A DNA stretch of 62,594 nucleotides, the filler included. It is 11 parts of 11 records of this genome, joined end to end, with 100 filler letters (N's around TTAATTAATTAA, not from the genome) between each part and the next. Parts side by side here need not be neighbours in the genome. Positions count along the whole stretch, not along the records: positions 57,575 to 62,594 come from SRR31156797_79679; 10 more parts are not named here. One strand, given 5' to 3'. A program made the position numbers and the translations under genes. Below, piece by piece: positions 57,575 to 62,594 of the stretch; within the stretch, counting starts at the first letter, position 1; every line of letters begins with the position of its first letter. The notes under the pieces were generated by a model. The model saw only the letters and a list, made by a program, of their open reading frames with translations, was not told the DNA's origin and ran no database searches.

Positions 57575-59091
57575 TCATTCTTGGCCCTGTACAGAGCCAT
57601 ATCCGCATAGTTCAGACAGCTGTCGATACTCAACACATCCCCTGGCCCGGGGCTGTAGATGCCGAGGCTTGCGGTAACGGGAACTGAAACGTCCCCGCTG
57701 CTCAGATTAAGATCCTCAATGCTCCTGCGGATTCGCTCTGCCACAAGGCGTCCCGCTTCCAAGTCCGTCTGGGGACAGAAGACGCAGAACTCCTCCCCCC
57801 CGTAGCGGCCGAATATCTCGGAAATGCGCAGCTCCTTCTTCACCGTTGCGGCCACTGCCTTCAGAACCTCATCGCCAAACAAATGCCCACAGCCGTCGTT
57901 GATTTTCTTGAAGTGGTCCAGGTCGAAGATGATCAGGGCGCAGGGAGATGTGCTTCTCCTGTGGATCTCAAGCTCACGGGAGGCCAGGTTCATCCACTGC
58001 CTTCTGTTGTAGACAGAGGTTAAGGGATCCACGGTGGCCTGGATCTCGAGTTTGTCCATCAGCCTGACGGTGCGGGTAATATCGTGAATCAGGAGGGTAT
58101 AGCCGGTACCAAAACTCTGTGTTCTCCCTTTCAGGCGTCGAATCCTGATCTCGAAATGCTGGTCGTCATAGCTGTATGTCTGGGACTCAAAGGCCTGCCC
58201 CTCCTCTTCCGCGCTCATGATCCTGTCCAGATAGAGTCCGAACTCCCCACAGCTTTTCAGAATACCGCTGATTTTAAAGCCGGCGAGAAGGGCGGACTCC
58301 CGTCCCGAACGATTAATATCGAGGATGACCTTATCCCTGTCCAGTACGACAAGATACTCTCCGATCGTATCTACCGCGCTGTCCCGGGCAATCCTCAGGA
58401 GGTCCAGCATCTGATACCGGAATAGGGAGACGGCGATAAAACAGCCCATCACAATCAAGGCCAAAGGCTGGGTATCCATCACCGCATTTCGCTGCGGAAA
58501 GATTATCGTGTTCAGGGTGGGAATCGTTCCCCCTACGGAGATCAGAAGAGCCTGGGTCCGAAGCTTCCCCCTGGAACGCAGGGCCTTGAGCAGAAGGACG
58601 GCCTCCCCTACCAGGGAGCAGCCGATGAGGTAGGTAAGCTGAACATAGTAGAAGGGTCCTCCCACATAGACGAATTCGGGGAAGTAATCCCCCTCAGCCA
58701 TTCCGTAGGATCTATAGACCAGTCTGTGCTCTTCGGGAGTCATCCCCAGAACTCCCAGCAACAGGGCTCCCGCCAGCAAGACGACATAGGCAGCCAACGG
58801 CAGGTGCCGCTCTCTGTGATAACGAAGGGCGAAGAGGAGAAAAGCGGGAGCCGTAAAGGATGCCCAGAAGAACTCGAATTTGATAAAATCAAGTACCCGG
58901 GGAAGTACGGTGCCGTTTATCTCAAAGGCCGAACCCATACTGTAAAAGGCTACGGTGAGTAAAAAAAAGGCGAGCTCCCCCGCTCCCCCCACATAGCGAC
59001 GCTGGAGGGCATAGCCGGATATATAAACAGCCAGAACACTGAAAACGGTCAGTACTATTGCCCAGAGTACAGATACTTCGTGAAAGATCAT
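57575..59091 (-). CDS. Diguanylate cyclase with N-terminal 7TM (HisKA_7TM) and PAS-like region, 3' truncated
   Basis: Multiple TM segments; DPLT..YNRR, DLDHFKKIND..GH..GD, RYGGEEF and ADMALYRAK. Confidence 0.92.
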
Positions 59092-59355
59092 AATTTCTCC
59101 CGGTATGTGTCTGATTATAGAGTATTTTCCTGAACAGGACAGTCTTTAAATACGAGGTTTTATATATTATTCTTTTCGACTGCGAGGACTCAGGCCTCTG
59201 CAGCTCAAAGCGCCGCAGACCCGTTTCCTCTTGCAATCGCAAGCAGACAGGCCGGAGAAGTCTACGGCAAAGCAGGATGGCGGAAACGAACAACCTGAGA
59301 ACGGCTATTTCGCTTGTGAACCAAATGTCCCTTCTATGATACAATCTTCCGTATT

Positions 59356-60282
59356 ATGAAGATCGACCGCCTCCTATCCATCATCGTATACCTTATGAAC
59401 AGAGACCTGGTCAGCGCCAGAGTACTGGCAGAGCGTTTCGAAGTGACCGTCCGGACCATACAGCGGGATATGGAGGCCATAGAACTGGCCGGTATCCCCG
59501 TGGTAAGCATCCAGGGTCCCAACGGCGGTTACGGCATTATGGAGAGTTTCAAGATGGACCGGCGGCTGGTTTCGGCTGAGGATCTCTACCATATCATCAG
59601 CTCCCTCAGATCCGTTTCCGATTCCATGGGAGACCTCAGACTGGAGGGAACCCTCGAAAAAATGAAGGGCCTCCTTCCCGCAGAGCAGTCGGACATCCTT
59701 TCCCAGCGGGACAGCAAGCTCTGTATGGATTTTACCATGCTGGGAGGCGATCCGCGTCAGAGGAAGTCCTTTCGGACCGTTAAGGACGCGGTGGATTCGG
59801 AACGGCTTCTCCGCTTCCGCTATACAAGCAACAAGCTGGAGACGACACTCCGCACGGTCGAACCCCTGACCATTGCCTTCAAGTGGAGATCATGGTATCT
59901 ATTCGCCTGGTGCAGGGAGAAGGAGGACTACAGAATCTTCCGGATCTCACGTATCAAGGAGCCGGAAATCCTGGCCGCCCGTTTCAAAAGAAGGGACATA
60001 TCCTTCCAAGAGTACAGCGCCCGGCGGGAAGGGAGCACCCCCTCTACGGAGCTTGTCCTCCGCTTCGATGCCTGCATGCGTTCCCTGGTCGAGGAATTCT
60101 ATCCGGAAAAGAAGTGCAGTGAAGGCCCTGAGGGGAGTCTTATCGTCAAAGCCGCCATGCCCGAGGATAACTGGATGTATGGATTCCTCCTCTCATACGG
60201 TCCCCACCTCACCATCCTCGACCCGCCCCATGTCAGGGAGAAACTGCGCGACTTCGCCCTGCGGATAGCGGCCAGATACTGA
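59356..60282 (+). CDS. YafY/DriD-type HTH-WYL-WCX transcriptional regulator
   Basis: LAERFEVTVRTIQRD HTH, GPNGGY, VEPL, WYL, DYRIFRISRI and C-terminal L..G....IL.P. Confidence 0.93.
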   Translation: MKIDRLLSIIVYLMNRDLVSARVLAERFEVTVRTIQRDMEAIELAGIPVVSIQGPNGGYGIMESFKMDRRLVSAEDLYHIISSLRSVSDSMGDLRLEGTLEKMKGLLPAEQSDILSQRDSKLCMDFTMLGGDPRQRKSFRTVKDAVDSERLLRFRYTSNKLETTLRTVEPLTIAFKWRSWYLFAWCREKEDYRIFRISRIKEPEILAARFKRRDISFQEYSARREGSTPSTELVLRFDACMRSLVEEFYPEKKCSEGPEGSLIVKAAMPEDNWMYGFLLSYGPHLTILDPPHVREKLRDFALRIAARY

Positions 60283-60302
60283 TTCTTAAAAAAGTTAAAA
60301 CA

Positions 60303-60340
60303 TATACGACATAGGGCTGTCGTATACCCCATGCCATAAT
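60303..60340 (+). promoter_or_regulatory. Palindromic WYL-regulator operator plus extended -10 promoter
   Basis: TATACGACA-N6-TGTCGTATA (60303-60326) followed by TGCCATAAT (60332-60340). Confidence 0.75.
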
Positions 60341-60369
60341 CCGAACATAAAAGATTTCAGGAGCCGATT

Positions 60370-60822
60370 ATGGAGATAAAAGAGACGACCCAACAGAAGA
60401 CGATAATGATCAGGACCACAACGCCGGCGGACAAACTGTCCGAAGTCATGGGCAAGGCCTATCATGAGATAGCCGATTACATGGGCCGCAAAGGAGTAGA
60501 TTTCATCGCCCCGCCCTACGCCATGTACTACAACATGGATATGGAAGCCCTGGATGTGGAGATGGGCTTTCCCGTCGCCCGAGACCTTGAAGGAGAGGGC
60601 CGTATCAAGGCCGGCACGATTCCCGGAGGCCGGATCGCGACCATGGTCCATACGGGACCTTACAGCAAACTTGAGGAGAGTTATACGGCGCTGATGGGGC
60701 TTGTGAAGGAGAAGGAACTGGAAGTCTCGGAGAGGATGTACGAATACTATCTGAACGATCCCGCCAAGACCTCTCCGGAGGAGCTTCAGACCCAGATCTG
60801 CCTGATCCTGAAGGAGAGCTGA
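60370..60822 (+). CDS. GyrI-like small-molecule-binding protein
   Basis: EMGFPV, HTGPY..L...Y and YEYYLNDP......EL.T; AGGAG RBS. Confidence 0.88.
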   Translation: MEIKETTQQKTIMIRTTTPADKLSEVMGKAYHEIADYMGRKGVDFIAPPYAMYYNMDMEALDVEMGFPVARDLEGEGRIKAGTIPGGRIATMVHTGPYSKLEESYTALMGLVKEKELEVSERMYEYYLNDPAKTSPEELQTQICLILKES

Positions 60823-60853
60823 GGCCTATGGGAGCATAGAGATCGGCTGCCGA

Positions 60854-62594
60854 TCATTCCTCATGGCCGCAGCAGCGGATCTCTGTGCAGACGCCGCCCC
60901 TGGTTTCGATCTTCATCACGCCGCCCAGCTGTTTGGCGAGCATCCTCACCAGCTTCAGTCCGAATCCCGGGTCGCTGTCCAGATCGAATCCGGGGGGCAG
61001 GCCTTTCCCGTCGTCAAAGACGGTCAGCACGACCTCTCCGTTTTCATAGCGACTCAGGTCGACATTGATGCGCCCCTCCCCCCTCAGTTCGAAGGCATAC
61101 TTCATGGAATTGGTGATCAGCTCGTTGAGGATAAGACCCAGAGGGAAGATCTTCTTGGTATTCATCTGCAGATCGTCGATGCTCGTTTCGATACGGATGC
61201 TCTTCTTCTCGGGAAAAATATCCTCGATGCTCCTTATCAGCTCTTCCGCATAGGGCTTTACGGCGATCTCCTTATACTCATCCGAGAGCAGAAGCTTTTC
61301 GTAGAGAACCCTCATCCCCTCAAGACGGCCGATCGCCTTATGGATGGCCCCCGAATCGTCCGCGTCATCCATCCCCGCCTGAAGCTTCAGAAGGCTGCTG
61401 ACCGAATTCATATTGTTCTTTATCCGGTGGTGTACCTCGCGGAGAAGGATCTCCTTTTCCTCCAACTGCTGCTGTATGGCCTTTTCGTTTTCCTTGCGTT
61501 CCGTAATGTCCTGCTGGGTGCCGAATATCCAGAGGGGCTCTCCCTCCTCCGTCCATTCAGTGACCTTGCCCTTGTCCAGTATCCACAGCCAGGCTCCGTT
61601 CTTATGCCTCATCCTGACCTCGCAGGAGTAATAGTCGGTCCGGCCCTCCAGATGATCTTGGATGCAACTGTCGCTAACGGCCACATCGTCCTTGTGTGTC
61701 AGGGAGATCCAGACGTCGTCGTCCATAGCTCCCAACTCCTCCCTGGTATATCCCAGCATGGCGGCCCACTGCTCATTGATAATGACTTCGTTTGTAACCA
61801 GGTTCCATTCCCAGGTCCCCAGATTCGTTCCCGCTATAATACCGGAAAGACGCTCCTTCTGCCTGACGACTTCGTCTTCGGCTTCCTTCAGACGACTCTG
61901 ATCAAACATGTAGCCCAGGATCTCGCAGACCCTTCCCTCTTCGTCCCTTCTGAGCCTGGTAAAATCGAGTACCCAGAGAAAGTGGCCGCTTTTATGCCGG
62001 ATCCGGTAGGACTGGTCGAAACTGTCCTCCCCCATAGCCGTATTGAACGCGACCTCTTTCCGGACACGCTCCAGGTCGCCGGGATGAATAAGGTCCGCGT
62101 ACAGCAGATCCTCGGACATCAGCTCGTCGGCGCCGTAACCCAGGATCTCAGAGATATTCCCAGACACATAGCTGACCGGCCAACCTGTCCGGGGAAGCCA
62201 TGCGAAAGAAGAGACAGGCCCCTCAGAGAAAAAGGTCCTCTCCCTTACGAGCACCCTTTCCAGCTCCCTCCGTTCGGTAAGATCGTAGAAATAAGCTATC
62301 GAATAGAGATTCTCACCAGACCGGCATACGCCGGAAGCCGTATCGCAGTAGAAAATCGTACCGTCCTTTCGTTTGCAGGGAATGTTCTCTATCTTCCCCT
62401 CCCGCTCGATACGCCTCCCCTGAATAGGAAAGTCATCGGGGAATAGACCGGTATCATGCAGATCGGGAAACGTCATGGCACCGAACTCCTCCGGGGTATA
62501 ACCGAAGAGCCGGCAGGCCTGGGGATTGGCATAACTGATCCGGGCGCTTTCGGACTCGGCGACAAGAATCCCCTCTTTCGCATTGTCGAAGACC
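60854..62594 (-). CDS. Multi-PAS sensor histidine kinase (HWE/HisKA_2 type), 5' truncated by window edge
   Basis: EVHHRIKNN, LILNELITNSMKYAF, DDGKG and GFGL; three PAS/PAC segments; the frame stays open to the window end. Confidence 0.92.
   Translation of the reverse strand, partial: VFDNAKEGILVAESESARISYANPQACRLFGYTPEEFGAMTFPDLHDTGLFPDDFPIQGRRIEREGKIENIPCKRKDGTIFYCDTASGVCRSGENLYSIAYFYDLTERRELERVLVRERTFFSEGPVSSFAWLPRTGWPVSYVSGNISEILGYGADELMSEDLLYADLIHPGDLERVRKEVAFNTAMGEDSFDQSYRIRHKSGHFLWVLDFTRLRRDEEGRVCEILGYMFDQSRLKEAEDEVVRQKERLSGIIAGTNLGTWEWNLVTNEVIINEQWAAMLGYTREELGAMDDDVWISLTHKDDVAVSDSCIQDHLEGRTDYYSCEVRMRHKNGAWLWILDKGKVTEWTEEGEPLWIFGTQQDITERKENEKAIQQQLEEKEILLREVHHRIKNNMNSVSSLLKLQAGMDDADDSGAIHKAIGRLEGMRVLYEKLLLSDEYKEIAVKPYAEELIRSIEDIFPEKKSIRIETSIDDLQMNTKKIFPLGLILNELITNSMKYAFELRGEGRINVDLSRYENGEVVLTVFDDGKGLPPGFDLDSDPGFGLKLVRMLAKQLGGVMKIETRGGVCTEIRCCGHEE

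Noticed and set aside
59092-59355. Possible c-di-GMP riboswitch upstream of the diguanylate cyclase
   Set aside because: Could not match the GEMM consensus elements on either strand.
60863-62446. 527-aa plus-strand ORF
   Set aside because: Antisense shadow of the PAS histidine kinase, with no recognisable motifs.

Overview
This window is not one locus. It is a concatenation of 11 unrelated contig fragments of about 5-6.5 kb, joined by 100-nt artificial linkers (N-run, TTAATTAATTAA, N-run). Gene content and base composition point to a mixed, largely anaerobic metagenome; the taxonomic labels below are inferences. (1) 1-5077: dsdA, alpha-glucan phosphorylase, amidohydrolase and a lipoprotein. 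(2) 5178-11748: planctomycete-like phosphonate locus (phnW, saccharopine-dehydrogenase-like gene, phnX) followed by PQQ-like propeller proteins. (3) 11849-17755: chemoreceptor, GAF/HD-GYP, SRAP, cidA/lrgB and dsrE-like genes. (4) 17856-23255: AT-rich Campylobacterota-like fragment. (5) 23356-28610: E2-like protein, LamG/GLUG secreted protein and DEAD-box helicase. (6) 28711-34503: rimP-nusA-infB-rbfA and a partial tRNA. (7) 34604-40079: acyl-CoA catabolic operon. (8) 40180-45442: ferrosome (fez)-like P1B-6 ATPase cluster with a DtxR-family regulator and a GH-A-like secreted protein. (9) 45543-52205: orphan divergent nifE next to TonB receptor, FmdE and flavin reductase genes. (10) 52306-57474: gatB-coaX-OMP-rsmE, DJ-1 and EFR1. 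(11) 57575-62594: diguanylate cyclase, WYL regulator with a palindromic operator, GyrI-like gene and PAS kinase. The best candidates for new biology are the fez-like cluster with a DtxR-family regulator, the NAD(P)-dependent C-N oxidoreductase between phnW and phnX, the lone NifE paralog beside a metal-uptake locus, a chemoreceptor with a Cache domain inserted inside a periplasmic CZB domain, and a DriD-like WYL operator. No CRISPR array, rRNA or transposase gene was seen.
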